In this document: piece after piece, positions 10,176 to 20,496 of the stretch
How the letters are laid out: each line of letters starts with the position of its first letter
Position numbering within the stretch: the stretch's first letter is position 1
DNA from: Alkalispirochaeta sp.
Lineage (GTDB): Bacteria; Spirochaetota; Spirochaetia; DSM-27196; Alkalispirochaetaceae
NCBI GenBank assembly: GCA_965601925.1
Contig: OZ271854.1
Coordinates: 2,752,001 to 2,816,000 of the forward strand
Direction of reading: 5' to 3'
DNA: 64,000 bases
Program-made: the position numbers and the translations under genes
Notes under the pieces: model-generated
Told to the model about the DNA's origin: nothing
The model's database searches: none
Seen by the model: the letters and a program-made list of their open reading frames with translations, nothing else

Positions 10176-11027
10176 ATGAGTTGGTTTGGAAAGATGATCG
10201 GGGGAACGATCGGAATGATGATCGGCGGCCCCCTGGGAGCCATCGCCGGCGGTGCCATCGGGCATCACCTCTTCGATAAACAGAGCGGCGGCGCGCGCAG
10301 AGTGACCGGAGGTCCCTTCAGCGGCGCGGCGAGAGGTGCGTATCGCGATTCCGGCGGAGCCCGCTCCACTCGCAGCTCGGGCGCGCGTACCGGCTCCACC
10401 GGGAGCACGGCGCGAACGAGTCCGACGGAAGAGCGGCAGGCGGCCTATTTTCTCGCCCTTTTTTCGATTCTCGGCAAGATTGCCAAGGCGGACGGCCACA
10501 TCACCCGTGAAGAGGGCGAAATGGTCGTCTCCTTCCTCGATCGGATGCACATCACCGGAGATCAGCGACAGTTTGCGATTCGCATCTTCAACGAGGCGAA
10601 AAACTCGCAGTACGGTCCCGAAGATTTCGCGCGCCAGTTTGCTCAGATGACGATGGGGCAAAGCGACTTGCGCTCGAGCATGGTCGACATGCTCTTTCAA
10701 ATCGCCCTCGCCGACAAGGAGCTCCATCCCGCGGAGGAGCGGATGATCGATGCGGTCGCCTCCATTCTGGGCGTCACGGGAGCGGAGTTCGCCTCAATTC
10801 GCAACCGTTATGTGGGAAACAGCGAGCACGCGTACGCCGTACTCGGCCTTTCGGAGGACGCGAACGACGACGAGGTGAAGGGTGCGTATCGGCGCCTCGT
10901 TCAAGAGTACCACCCGGATCGCATCGTATCGCAGGGCATGCCGGAGGAGTTCGTCGAGTATGCGACCCAGCGCTTTCAGGAGATCCAGTCGGCCTGGGAG
11001 ACGATCAAAACGCGTCGAGGTTTTTGA
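10176..11027 (+). CDS. djlA: DjlA-type co-chaperone (TM + TerB-like + C-terminal J domain)
   Basis: N-terminal GKMIGG..GGPLGA..G.GH.FD, KIAKADG, AYAVLG..YHPD J-domain. Confidence 0.88.
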   Translation: MSWFGKMIGGTIGMMIGGPLGAIAGGAIGHHLFDKQSGGARRVTGGPFSGAARGAYRDSGGARSTRSSGARTGSTGSTARTSPTEERQAAYFLALFSILGKIAKADGHITREEGEMVVSFLDRMHITGDQRQFAIRIFNEAKNSQYGPEDFARQFAQMTMGQSDLRSSMVDMLFQIALADKELHPAEERMIDAVASILGVTGAEFASIRNRYVGNSEHAYAVLGLSEDANDDEVKGAYRRLVQEYHPDRIVSQGMPEEFVEYATQRFQEIQSAWETIKTRRGF

Positions 11028-11047
11028 CTCCGCGTCCACCGGCTGAC

Positions 11048-12280
11048 CTACAGTGTCGCGGTGATTACACCCTCATCTCGAATGTGCAACTCCATGACAG
11101 AGTGCTCCCCGAATATCTCGGTCATCATAGTGCGATACTCTTCGAGGCGGTCGGTCGGTATCGCCGCGAGGATCGTACCTGCGAAACCGCCGCCGTGGAC
11201 GCGGCATGCCCCCGTCGATCCGTATCGATTCAAAAAGGCGCGCGTTGCGTAGAGCGCCACGGCGAGCGGTTGCTCCCGCTCGTATCCGTCGGGATGGATG
11301 TTCTGCAAGAGCATCCAGCTCGAGTCGCCGCTCGCGTTCATAATCTCCAACACCCGGTCGAAGCGGCGGTCTTCGGCCGCTTTTGCCAACTCGGATACGC
11401 GATCCTGCTCGTCGAAAAAATGAAAGGCCCGTAGTACCGCCCGGTCGCCCACCTCGGTGCGCACGTCGTTGAGGCGCAAGGACAACGCCTCGCGACTCGT
11501 CTCGACGAGATTTGAGGCTCCGACGGCGGCGGCAACGGCGCGCATTTCCCGCGGAATCGCGGCGTAGTGACCCGTCAGATCGGCGTGGCTCCCGCCGCTG
11601 TTGACCACGACCAACGTGTTGCCGGTGGCACCGATATCGAGCTGTAGGCGCGTGTAGTGCGGCTCGGAAGAGTCGGCGAAATCGATGGCTACAGCGCCGC
11701 CCACGGCGCTTGCCGTCTGGTCCATGAGGCCGCTCGGCTTGTCCATATAGTGGTTTTCGGCGTACTGGCCGGCGCGAGCGATATCGAGCGCGGACGGTGA
11801 TTGACCGGAAAGGACGGCGTGAACCCCGGCGAGCCCGACCACGAGGGCCGCCGAAGAGCTGAGTCCGCTTCCGGGCGTGACGCGGCTGTCCATGACGGCG
11901 CGATAGGGCGGCGTTGCGAACCCCGCGTCGACGAGTCCGGCGGCGACACCGCGCATCAGTCGCTCGGTGTCGTGTGTGTCTACGACGCGATCCGCTTCGT
12001 AGTCTACCTCGAATTGCCGAGGCCACCCTACGGACTTGAGAGAGCTACGTGACTCGTCGGCCGGTGAGGCGACAATGAGGGCGTCGAGGTCCACGGCCGC
12101 GGCGACAACTCGACCGCCGTTGTGATCGGTGTGGTTTCCGATAATCTCGGTGCGTCCCGGAGCACTGACAACGACGGTCGGCTCCGCTCCATAGGTGGCG
12201 ACGAACTCCTCGCGGAGCGTTTGCAGGCGAGCAGCGCCGTCGGTGACGGCGTGCAATAAGCTGTCGAGTCGGTGGTGCAT
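11048..12280 (-). CDS. galK: Galactokinase (GHMP family)
   Basis: APGRTEIIGNHTDHNGG, PGSGLSSSAA, GLMDQ, RVHGGGFAG. Confidence 0.9.
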   Translation of the reverse strand: MHHRLDSLLHAVTDGAARLQTLREEFVATYGAEPTVVVSAPGRTEIIGNHTDHNGGRVVAAAVDLDALIVASPADESRSSLKSVGWPRQFEVDYEADRVVDTHDTERLMRGVAAGLVDAGFATPPYRAVMDSRVTPGSGLSSSAALVVGLAGVHAVLSGQSPSALDIARAGQYAENHYMDKPSGLMDQTASAVGGAVAIDFADSSEPHYTRLQLDIGATGNTLVVVNSGGSHADLTGHYAAIPREMRAVAAAVGASNLVETSREALSLRLNDVRTEVGDRAVLRAFHFFDEQDRVSELAKAAEDRRFDRVLEIMNASGDSSWMLLQNIHPDGYEREQPLAVALYATRAFLNRYGSTGACRVHGGGFAGTILAAIPTDRLEEYRTMMTEIFGEHSVMELHIRDEGVITATL

Positions 12281-12527
12281 GTCAATGCGTTATCACGGTG
12301 CCGGGGCGCTGTCAAGCGGCGCGGCGCGTCCTTGATGGCGCGTGTAGTAACTATTTGCTGACCCGGGGACCGCGTCTCCGGACTCAGTAGACGCAGACGT
12401 CTGGAATCGCCCGGCGCCACGCCCCGCCCGGTCGCTATTGATATCATTCACGCTCGATGGTGGTTGGTGCATTGGTAAGGGGAGGGGAGAAGGGGGCGGA
12501 GCGGCGGCCCGATCTTGGACCGTGACG

Positions 12528-12968
12528 TCAGGACGCGCCCTGCGCGTCCTCGTCGAAGAATCCCTCTTCGAACATGCGCTCATCGATGATCTCTAAGAGT
12601 CGTAGCGAGAGTACGCGCGGCCATTCGGGGAGCATGCCCGTCTCGTCTTCCTCATATTTCCAGAGGATCGCCTCGAAGAGCGCTATCGATTCACGGTACT
12701 GCTCTTGCTTATAGGCGATGAACGCGATCTCGTATTCCGCCTCGACGATCGCGCCGCGTTCGTCCGGAAACCGGCGTATGAACTCTTCATAGTAACGAAG
12801 GGCGAGCTCCCAGCGCTCTACCTCTACCGCTTCCTGAGCGCGCTGGAACATCTCCATGCGACTCAGCCCCTCGGGTATCTCTTCCGGGACCGTCTGGCAA
12901 GCTGCGGTGAGCGCTGCGATTCCCATCGCGAGCGCTACGGTGACGATCCGATGCATATGACGCTTCAC
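12528..12968 (-). CDS. TPR-like lipoprotein (BamD-like repeats)
   Basis: Lipobox TAAC, ALRYYEEFIRRFP, AEYEIAFIAYK. Confidence 0.75.
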   Translation of the reverse strand: MKRHMHRIVTVALAMGIAALTAACQTVPEEIPEGLSRMEMFQRAQEAVEVERWELALRYYEEFIRRFPDERGAIVEAEYEIAFIAYKQEQYRESIALFEAILWKYEEDETGMLPEWPRVLSLRLLEIIDERMFEEGFFDEDAQGAS

Positions 12969-13070
12969 ATCGGCAACGTACCACGTATGTATGGTCGGTT
13001 CAAGGCTGCGTGACGGCCGCTGACGCCGACCGAGAGCTTCGTCCGCTCCCGATCGGCGACGCGATACGCG

Positions 13071-15614
13071 TCATGCGTTCCAGCGTAGGAGTCCCGGGAC
13101 GTAAGGATGGACCAAATCCTGATTGGCCGGGATGACGCGCACCGCGAATCCCTGCCGCCCCGCGTGTCGGCATCGCACGCGGGCGCGAAAGACATGCCCT
13201 TTCTCGTCTCGCTCGCTACTCTTCATGACGACGATTTGCGGGTCCCGTAACGCTCCCTCGGCGTCGATCCTCCCGGTATACACCTGCACTGATACCTCCG
13301 ATGGGGCGATCTCGCCCAGGTGGACGCGGCATTCGACTGAGAAGGTATCGCCGACTTTGAGGCTGCGGTGTTCGGCTCCCGCGATATCGAAGACCGAGAC
13401 GTGGGCCCATGCTCCTTGGAGGCGCTCGATATACTTCGACAGACCCCTTGCAACCTCGAAGTCGTTCTTGGTAATCCGCTCGGAGTTCTTGAGCGCCGGA
13501 AGATAGAACTGCTCGCAGTACTCGCGGAGCATTCTGCTGGTGGAAAACTGTCCGCCCAACCGTTGCATCGACGCTTTCATGCGGGCGATCCACTCTCTGG
13601 GGAGTCCGTCGCGCCCCCGTTCGTAGTAGGTGGGGATGATTTCGCGCTCCAGGAGGTCGTAAAGGAGCGTACTCTCTATCTCGTCCTGCATCTCCTCGTC
13701 GGCGTACTCCTCGCCGGCGCCGATCGCGAAGCCGACCTCCGGATTGTACCCTTCGGCCCACCAGCCGTCGAGAATCGAGCAGTTGAGGACGCCGTTAATC
13801 GCCGCCTTCATCCCGCTCGTGCCGCTCGCCTCCATCGGTCGCCGCGGCGTGTTGAGCCAGATATCGCTCCCCCCGACCAGATGCTTCGCGATCTCCAGAT
13901 CGTAGTTCTCCAGGAAGACGATCTTACTGCGGATTTCGGGATCGTCCGAGAAGTGCACGATCTCTTTGATGAGATTCTTTCCCGGAATGTCGTGCGGATG
14001 CGCTTTGCCGGCAAAGATGATCTGCACGGGGCGATCGGGGTTCGTCAAAAGGCGGCGCAAGCGATCCAGATCGCGAAAGAGGAGAGTCGCACGCTTGTAG
14101 GTGGCGAAGCGCCGCGCGAAGCTGATCGTGAAGGTGTACGGTGAGAGCACCTCGTCGGCGTGTACCACCTGCGATTGGCTCGCGCCGCGCCGGGTAAGTT
14201 GGCGTTTGAGTCGCTCGCGGGCAAAGGAGACGAGTTGGTTCTTGCCGACCTCGTGGGTGCGCCACAGCTCCTCGTCGGAGATGCGGTCCATACGATCCCA
14301 AATCTGCGTGTAGGTCGGCTCATCCTGAAAGCGCGGACCGAAGTACCGATCGAGAAGATCCTTCATCTCGCGGCTGAGAAAGCTGCGGGAGTGCACTCCG
14401 TTGGTGATATGGGTGATCGGGATCTCGTCCTCCGGGAGGTCGGGCCAGATCTGCTTCCACATCGTACGCGAAACCTCGCCGTGGAGTCCGCTCACGCCGT
14501 TGTTGTAGGCGCTCAGACGGATCGCGAGGACCGTCATGCAGAAGGGCTCCTGCGGATCGGCGGGGTTTTCGCGACCCAGGGCGATGAACTCGTCCCAGCT
14601 GAACCCCGTGCCGTCGGTGATCGCGTGAAAGTACTTCTGCATCATATCGACGCCGAAACGCTCGTTGCCCGCGGGCACGGGGGTGTGGGTCGTGAAGATA
14701 TTGGTGGGCCATACGGTCTGTATCGCCTCGCGTCTCGACAAGCCGTCGTTTTGGATGTACTCGCGGATACGTTCAAGTGCCAAAAAGGCCGAATGTCCCT
14801 CGTTCATGTGGGTAACGGCGGGGTTAATGCCCATAGCCCGGAGCGCACGAATACCTCCGATACCGAGGACGATCTCCTGTCTCATGCGCATTTCCCGATC
14901 GCCGCCGTACAGCGTCGAGGTGATGGCACGATCGTCTTCGTCGTTTTCGTCGATGTTGGTATCGAGTAAGTACAAGCTGACCCGTCCGACCGTTACCTCC
15001 CACACCCGCGCGACGACGTGCGACTCCGAGAGTTCGATCCCGACCTTGACGTCGTTGCCGTCTTTGTCGGTGACGCGTCGAACCGGCATGTTGTACCAAT
15101 CGTTTTCCGGATAGCTCTCCTGTTGGAACCCGTCGGCGTTGAGGTATTGTTGAAAATATCCCTGCTGGTACAGAAGACCGACACCGACTAGGGGGAGTCC
15201 GAGGTCGCTGGCCGATTTCATGTGATCTCCCGACAGCACACCGAGACCGCCGGAGTAGATCGGAAGACTCACGTCCAGGCCGTACTCCATCGAGAAGTAG
15301 GCGACGACGTTCTTCTTGTTCCCCCGGTACCACGTCTCCTTTCCGGCCTTGTACTTGCGATATTTTTCCACCACCGCATTGAGCGATGCGAGATACGAGT
15401 CGTCGGTCGCAAGCGCTTCAAACCGTTGCTGCGGAACCATACCGAGCATGCGCACCGGATTCTGATTGCTCTGCATCCACGTATCGAAGTCGAGACGGGT
15501 GAACAGCGACTGCGCGTCGTGATTCCAACTCAGCCACAGATCGTGGGCGAGCTCTTCCAGCGGTTTAAGCGCTCGAGGGATCTGCGGGTTCACGGTATAT
15601 TCAATGAATTTCAT
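13071..15614 (-). CDS. glgP: Alpha-glucan (glycogen/maltodextrin) phosphorylase
   Basis: AYFSMEYG, YSGGLGVLSGD, HMNEGH, ARRFATYKR, EASGTSGMK; RBS AAGGAG. Confidence 0.96.
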   Translation of the reverse strand: MKFIEYTVNPQIPRALKPLEELAHDLWLSWNHDAQSLFTRLDFDTWMQSNQNPVRMLGMVPQQRFEALATDDSYLASLNAVVEKYRKYKAGKETWYRGNKKNVVAYFSMEYGLDVSLPIYSGGLGVLSGDHMKSASDLGLPLVGVGLLYQQGYFQQYLNADGFQQESYPENDWYNMPVRRVTDKDGNDVKVGIELSESHVVARVWEVTVGRVSLYLLDTNIDENDEDDRAITSTLYGGDREMRMRQEIVLGIGGIRALRAMGINPAVTHMNEGHSAFLALERIREYIQNDGLSRREAIQTVWPTNIFTTHTPVPAGNERFGVDMMQKYFHAITDGTGFSWDEFIALGRENPADPQEPFCMTVLAIRLSAYNNGVSGLHGEVSRTMWKQIWPDLPEDEIPITHITNGVHSRSFLSREMKDLLDRYFGPRFQDEPTYTQIWDRMDRISDEELWRTHEVGKNQLVSFARERLKRQLTRRGASQSQVVHADEVLSPYTFTISFARRFATYKRATLLFRDLDRLRRLLTNPDRPVQIIFAGKAHPHDIPGKNLIKEIVHFSDDPEIRSKIVFLENYDLEIAKHLVGGSDIWLNTPRRPMEASGTSGMKAAINGVLNCSILDGWWAEGYNPEVGFAIGAGEEYADEEMQDEIESTLLYDLLEREIIPTYYERGRDGLPREWIARMKASMQRLGGQFSTSRMLREYCEQFYLPALKNSERITKNDFEVARGLSKYIERLQGAWAHVSVFDIAGAEHRSLKVGDTFSVECRVHLGEIAPSEVSVQVYTGRIDAEGALRDPQIVVMKSSERDEKGHVFRARVRCRHAGRQGFAVRVIPANQDLVHPYVPGLLRWNA

Positions 15615-15741
15615 GGTGTAAGCTCCTTTGTTGCAGGCGATGCATCGTGACGGTACTCGGCGGTCATGGTCGTGTCAATTGCAGTGTAGTGTGTGGGCGC
15701 CGGAGAAAACAACGATTTCACGGAAAACTAAAGTACAATCA

Positions 15742-15775
15742 TTGCAGATAAAGGAATGTAGTTCCATAATTGCAA
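15742..15775 (+). promoter_or_regulatory. Sigma70-like promoter bracketed by a TTGCA/TGCAA inverted repeat, apparently leaderless
   Basis: TTGCAG-N17-CATAAT-N7-ATG(15778). Confidence 0.55.
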
Positions 15776-15777
15776 GG

Positions 15778-16956
15778 ATGTTGTTTCGAAGGTCATCGTA
15801 CTACCTCTCACGTCTCCTCGACGAGAAGGAGATCGTGATTTTGATAGGGCCGAGGCGGGTGGGTAAGACCACGCTGGCGTTGGCCGCGGGGGAGGAGCGC
15901 GACGCGTTGTACATCGACCTCGAGTCCCTCCGTGACCGAGCGAAAGTGGACGATCCCGAGCTCTATTTTTCTCGCCGTCGGGATCGACTCGTTATCGTGG
16001 ACGAGTTCCACCGTCTTCCCGGGCTATTGAGTATCCTCCCCCGCCTCCTGGAGCGGACCGGCGGCGTACAACGCCCGAAAGGACGCTTCCTCTTGATCGG
16101 GTCAGCGGCGATCGAACGTCCGGCGAGCTCCGACAGTGCCGGGGACGAACGCCTCGGCGTACTTGAGATGTCGTGCCTGTCGGTACTCGAGACCAAGGGT
16201 ACTCTCGAGGAAGAGACGTCACTCTGGGTTCGGGGCGGCATGCCCGAGAGCTTTCTCGCCGCCAATGACCGGCGAAGTATGAGATGTCGCGAGGAGCTCA
16301 TACAAGCCTATCTTGAACGCGAAATACCCCTCGCCGCGCCACGCCTCTCCGCACAGACGTCGTGGCGGCTCTTAACGATGCTCGCACATCTCCAAGGCAC
16401 CGCGCTAAACGTGGCGCGATTAGCGCGTAATCTCGGAGTGGACGCCAAGACGGCGGCGGCGTATGTGACGCTCTTCGCCGATCGACTTCTCGTGCGAATG
16501 CTCCCTCCGTGGGATGGGGCGGCGGGAGCAAAACGGATCGCGAAGAGGCCTCGTGTGTATCTCCGCGATAGTGGGTTCCTGCACGCCCTGCTCAGGATAG
16601 ACGATGAGGAGTCGCTTCTCTCCCATCCGATCGTCGGTGCAAGTTGGGAAGGGTTTGTCGTCGAAAATGTATTGTCTGCCGGTCCCCCCGGGAGCCGCGG
16701 ATACTACTACCGGGCGGCGGGCGGCGCGGAGATCGATCTTCTGGTGGTGTTGCCCGACGGTAAGCGGTACGCTATCGAGGTGCAGCGACGACTACAGCCC
16801 GTGCCGACGCGCGCCTTCGTCTCGGCTTGTAACGACGTCGAGCCGACCGACGCCTTCATCGTGTACCCGGGCCGCGAGACCTATCGTCTCGCCGAGCGCG
16901 TTACGGCGGCCTCGCTCGCCGACGTAGCCGAAGCGCTGAGCGAGGGCGGCGCGTGA
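15778..16956 (+). CDS. AAA+ ATPase with DUF4143-type C-terminal domain
   Basis: GPRRVGKTT, IVDEFH, FLLIGS, RGGMPE, YLRDSG, GAEIDLL. Confidence 0.88.
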   Translation: MLFRRSSYYLSRLLDEKEIVILIGPRRVGKTTLALAAGEERDALYIDLESLRDRAKVDDPELYFSRRRDRLVIVDEFHRLPGLLSILPRLLERTGGVQRPKGRFLLIGSAAIERPASSDSAGDERLGVLEMSCLSVLETKGTLEEETSLWVRGGMPESFLAANDRRSMRCREELIQAYLEREIPLAAPRLSAQTSWRLLTMLAHLQGTALNVARLARNLGVDAKTAAAYVTLFADRLLVRMLPPWDGAAGAKRIAKRPRVYLRDSGFLHALLRIDDEESLLSHPIVGASWEGFVVENVLSAGPPGSRGYYYRAAGGAEIDLLVVLPDGKRYAIEVQRRLQPVPTRAFVSACNDVEPTDAFIVYPGRETYRLAERVTAASLADVAEALSEGGA

Positions 16957-17032
16957 GTCGAAGTGGCGCCGCTGTGTGTCGGCAGGTACACTTGTCGGTA
17001 TCCGGTCTTCTCGACCGAGAAGAGGAGTGGGT

Positions 17033-18019
17033 ATGGCGAACATTCACGATATCGCCGCGCACAGCGGTCTCTCCACCGCCACGGTTTCGCGGTATCTCAA
17101 CGGGCGACCCTATGTCTCGGAAAGGGCGCGACTCGCTATCGAACGTGCGATGGACGAGCTCGATTACCATCCGAACTCGGCGGCCCGCACGCTCCGCAGC
17201 GGCAAAACGCATCGGGTAACGGTAGTGCTCGATACGGTAGATCATCCCTTTTACTCGGTGCTTCTTGCGGGATTCAGCGACGCCGCGCGCAGTCGATCGT
17301 ATGAGATACTCGTGCAACAGAGCCAAGCGCCCGATTGGTCGGCGACGCTCCTTCTGGAACAAGCGGCGACCCACGCGATGGACGGCGTTATCGTCGCCAC
17401 CGAGACCGAGGACCGCGAGGCGCTCCGTTCTCTCATCGGCACGATTCCGCTCGTCGCCTGCGACCAAGCGCTGTTCGACGCCCCGTGTCCGCAGGTCTAC
17501 ATAGACCACTACCAAAGCGCGCTTGACGGTCTCGCCTATCTTCACCGACGCGGCGCGAAAACGATCGCCTGCATCAACGGGGCGAGCGACGTCTGTCCGA
17601 CCGACCGTTTCCGTCGTCGCGCATACGCCGACTTTGCCGAAAAACGCGGTGCACCGGTCGTACACGAGATTCCCTACCGCGAAGATACGATCAAGGGCGG
17701 GTACGAGCTCTTGGAACCCATCTTGATGCTCTCGCCGAGGCCCGACGCGGTCTTTACCGGTTCCGACGATATCGCCGCCGGGCTTTTGGCCGCGGCCCGC
17801 GAGATCGGCGTAAACGTCCCGGCGGATCTTGCGATACTCGGATTCGACGACCTTCCCATCGCCGAGGTGTTCGGCATTTCCACGATTCGGCAACCGGTAC
17901 GTCAGATGGGGCGATGGGCGATGGAAATCGTAATGCGTCTCATCGAACGGGGACCCGACGCCGCAGTCGGAAAGCGCGCCAAGATAAAGTACCACCTCGT
18001 ACCACGGTCGACGGCGTAG
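17033..18019 (+). CDS. LacI-family transcriptional regulator
   Basis: IHDIAAHSGLSTATVSRYLN HTH, YHPNSAAR, LAILGFDD; RBS AGGAG. Confidence 0.93.
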   Translation: MANIHDIAAHSGLSTATVSRYLNGRPYVSERARLAIERAMDELDYHPNSAARTLRSGKTHRVTVVLDTVDHPFYSVLLAGFSDAARSRSYEILVQQSQAPDWSATLLLEQAATHAMDGVIVATETEDREALRSLIGTIPLVACDQALFDAPCPQVYIDHYQSALDGLAYLHRRGAKTIACINGASDVCPTDRFRRRAYADFAEKRGAPVVHEIPYREDTIKGGYELLEPILMLSPRPDAVFTGSDDIAAGLLAAAREIGVNVPADLAILGFDDLPIAEVFGISTIRQPVRQMGRWAMEIVMRLIERGPDAAVGKRAKIKYHLVPRSTA

Positions 18020-18109
18020 CGAACCGGAGAACGGTCTCGCGACGGTCGGCCGTCGTCCTATCTCGACTCCCCGTCAACCGCGCGGTCGCCTTGAGGAGTC
18101 GCCGGTGCG

Positions 18110-19441
18110 TCATTCGCTTTCGTGGATTTCGGGATGCTCATCCACGATGGGGAGGCACACGGTCGCGTCGCCGGTTACCGACAGCGCATCGAGCCCGGCC
18201 AGCGCGTCGCGCACCGCGCGCTCTTTACATACGTGGGTGGTGACGACTACCGGTACGAGCTCGTCGCGTTTGGCTCGTTCGTCCTGGCGCAGACTGGCGA
18301 TACTGATGCCGTGGTCCCCGATAACCGCGGATATCGAGGCCAGCACGCCCGGTCGATCTTGAGCCATGATCCTGAGGTAAAAGCGGCTCGACGACTCCTC
18401 GACCGGCAGCCTAAGATCGCTTTGATTGCGGTCGGGCCAGAAGCTCGTGTGCGCAAAGATCGCCGGAAGAACGCCGGACGCGATCCCCGCGACATCGGCG
18501 ACGACCGCTCCCGCCGTGGGCGCGCCCCCCGCGCCACGGCCGTAGTATAGAGTGTGGCCGGTCACGTGGCCGTAGACGCTCACGGCATTGAACGGACCGT
18601 TAACCCGCGCCAAGGGATGCTCCTCGGAGATGAAGGCGGGCCGGACCCACGTCACGACACCGTCGTCGACGCGATACGCGACCGCGAGAAGCTTGACGAC
18701 ATATCCGAGCTCCCTACCGAACGCGACGTCCCGCTCGTCGAGCCGGTCGATGCCGGCTACCGGAATCGACTCCAAGTCGACGATGGTGCCGAAGGCCAGG
18801 GCGGTCATTATCGCGATTTTGTGCGCCGAATCGACGCCCTGCACATCGAGACTGGGATCGGCCTCGGCCAACCCCGAGCGCTGCGCCTCGGTGAGCGCCT
18901 CGCGGTAACTTTCACCTTTTTGGATCATCTCAGTCAGAATGAAGTTACACGTTCCGTTCACGATGCCGTAGATCGCGTCGATGTGGTTGGCGACCAATCC
19001 GTCGGTGATCGCTCGGATAATCGGGATGCCGCCGCCGCAGCTCGCCTCAAACCCGATCGTCAGCCCTTTGGCGCGGGCGTGGGCGAAGAGTTCCGCCCCG
19101 TGGTGCGCGAGGAGCGCCTTGTTTGCCGTCACCACGTGTTTTCCCGCATCCAACGCGCGTTTGATCACGTCTCGGGCAAACTCCAGACCGCCGACAAGCT
19201 CTATGACGACGTCGATCTCGGTGTCGTTCAGCACCTCGTCCAGGTCGGTGCGAAAGAGCGTTTCGGGTAGTCCCAACATCTTGGCGCGCTCGAAGGTGCG
19301 ATCGACGATCGCGGCCAGCTCGATGTCGACGCCGCCGCGCTCGGCAATGAGTGCGCGATCTTGGAACATCAGCTCCGCGGCCGCGCCTCCGACGGTTCCG
19401 CACCCGACTAAGGCTACACGGACGAACGTATGTGCGTTCAT
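18110..19441 (-). CDS. hom: Homoserine dehydrogenase with C-terminal ACT domain
   Basis: GCGTVG, VVTANK, FEASCGGGIP, NGTCNFIL, AEADP, DRPGVLA. Confidence 0.94.
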   Translation of the reverse strand: MNAHTFVRVALVGCGTVGGAAAELMFQDRALIAERGGVDIELAAIVDRTFERAKMLGLPETLFRTDLDEVLNDTEIDVVIELVGGLEFARDVIKRALDAGKHVVTANKALLAHHGAELFAHARAKGLTIGFEASCGGGIPIIRAITDGLVANHIDAIYGIVNGTCNFILTEMIQKGESYREALTEAQRSGLAEADPSLDVQGVDSAHKIAIMTALAFGTIVDLESIPVAGIDRLDERDVAFGRELGYVVKLLAVAYRVDDGVVTWVRPAFISEEHPLARVNGPFNAVSVYGHVTGHTLYYGRGAGGAPTAGAVVADVAGIASGVLPAIFAHTSFWPDRNQSDLRLPVEESSSRFYLRIMAQDRPGVLASISAVIGDHGISIASLRQDERAKRDELVPVVVTTHVCKERAVRDALAGLDALSVTGDATVCLPIVDEHPEIHESE

Positions 19442-19524
19442 GGCGGGCATGGTACGGTCGAGGGAGGGCGTTGTCAACGCGTCGGAGATTCTGCTACGCT
19501 GGCACCGTAACTCCCGGAGTATCT

Positions 19525-20496
19525 ATGTCGTATCCTCTCCTGCGCGCTTCAATGGTCTCATCGGATCTCCTCTACGATCTTGCATCTCGTGAGGCGACGA
19601 TGGACATCTTTTCCTCATCGGTCGACGAGGTCGACTCGTCCTCGTTGGATGCGGCGATTATCGAGTCCGCCGTGCGCCCGCCGATCGTCGTATGTGCCGA
19701 TGCGTCGTCCTCCGCGCGCGATCCCGCCGGTGAGCCACATCGTCTCGTGTGGGGCTTTCGGTACCGTCGATTGTGGAGCGCGATCGACGACCGATCGTGT
19801 CCCGTTCTCGCGTGCTCGCCCGCCTCCGAGATCGAGCTTCTCGTGTGCGCCCTCGCCGCGGAAAACCGAGTCGGAGCGTTTCGGTGGTCGGAGATCGATC
19901 GAATCGTTTCGGCGTGTGAGGCGGCCGTGAAAACCGACGACGATACGGAGTCATGGACGGCCGTGTTGCACTACTTGGACCGGGACAACGACGTGCGTCC
20001 TGCTTTGGAGCGCTACCGCCGCCTTCCGCAACACGCCGCCGCGGCACTCGACCGAGGGGCGATCGATTTTCGCACCGCAGAGGCTATCCCGGCGGAGCTC
20101 GACGCCGCCGTGGCCCATCTGTTGCCGCCGGTCGAGCGATTCTCATTCAGCAATCGACGCCTTGCTCTGCGCCTTTCGATCGAACTCGTACGGCGCGACG
20201 GCCTCGACGCGATGAGGTTGGCCGACACCTTGCGTGAGCGTAGCCCCGCTGAGGCGCTGCGATGGTTACGGCACCGGCGTTACCCCCGTCTTACGGCCAT
20301 GGAAGACCACCTGGCGGACGTTCGGCGGCGACGGCTCGCCGGAACGGGCGTCGAGATCGACCCACCGCCGAACTTCGAAGGCGACTCCTACCGCGTCAGC
20401 TTTCGTTTATCATCGCCGGAAGAGCTCCGGCGGCGCTTGTCGGCCGCCGCCACACTTACGGAGGACCTCGATGGACTGCTGGACCTACTATTCTAA
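19525..20496 (+). CDS. ParB/Srx-like N-terminal domain protein
   Basis: RPPIVV...HRLVWGFRY resembles the ParB/Srx core; helical mid-region; ..RYPRL..PPNFEG tail. Start codon uncertain. Confidence 0.55.
   Translation: MSYPLLRASMVSSDLLYDLASREATMDIFSSSVDEVDSSSLDAAIIESAVRPPIVVCADASSSARDPAGEPHRLVWGFRYRRLWSAIDDRSCPVLACSPASEIELLVCALAAENRVGAFRWSEIDRIVSACEAAVKTDDDTESWTAVLHYLDRDNDVRPALERYRRLPQHAAAALDRGAIDFRTAEAIPAELDAAVAHLLPPVERFSFSNRRLALRLSIELVRRDGLDAMRLADTLRERSPAEALRWLRHRRYPRLTAMEDHLADVRRRRLAGTGVEIDPPPNFEGDSYRVSFRLSSPEELRRRLSAAATLTEDLDGLLDLLF

Noticed and set aside
8775..10727. 650-aa minus-strand ORF, and similar long antisense ORFs (2229-3713, 28324-29607, 23633-24691)
   Set aside because: They lie opposite well-supported genes, have no recognisable motifs, and are expected shadows of high-GC codon bias
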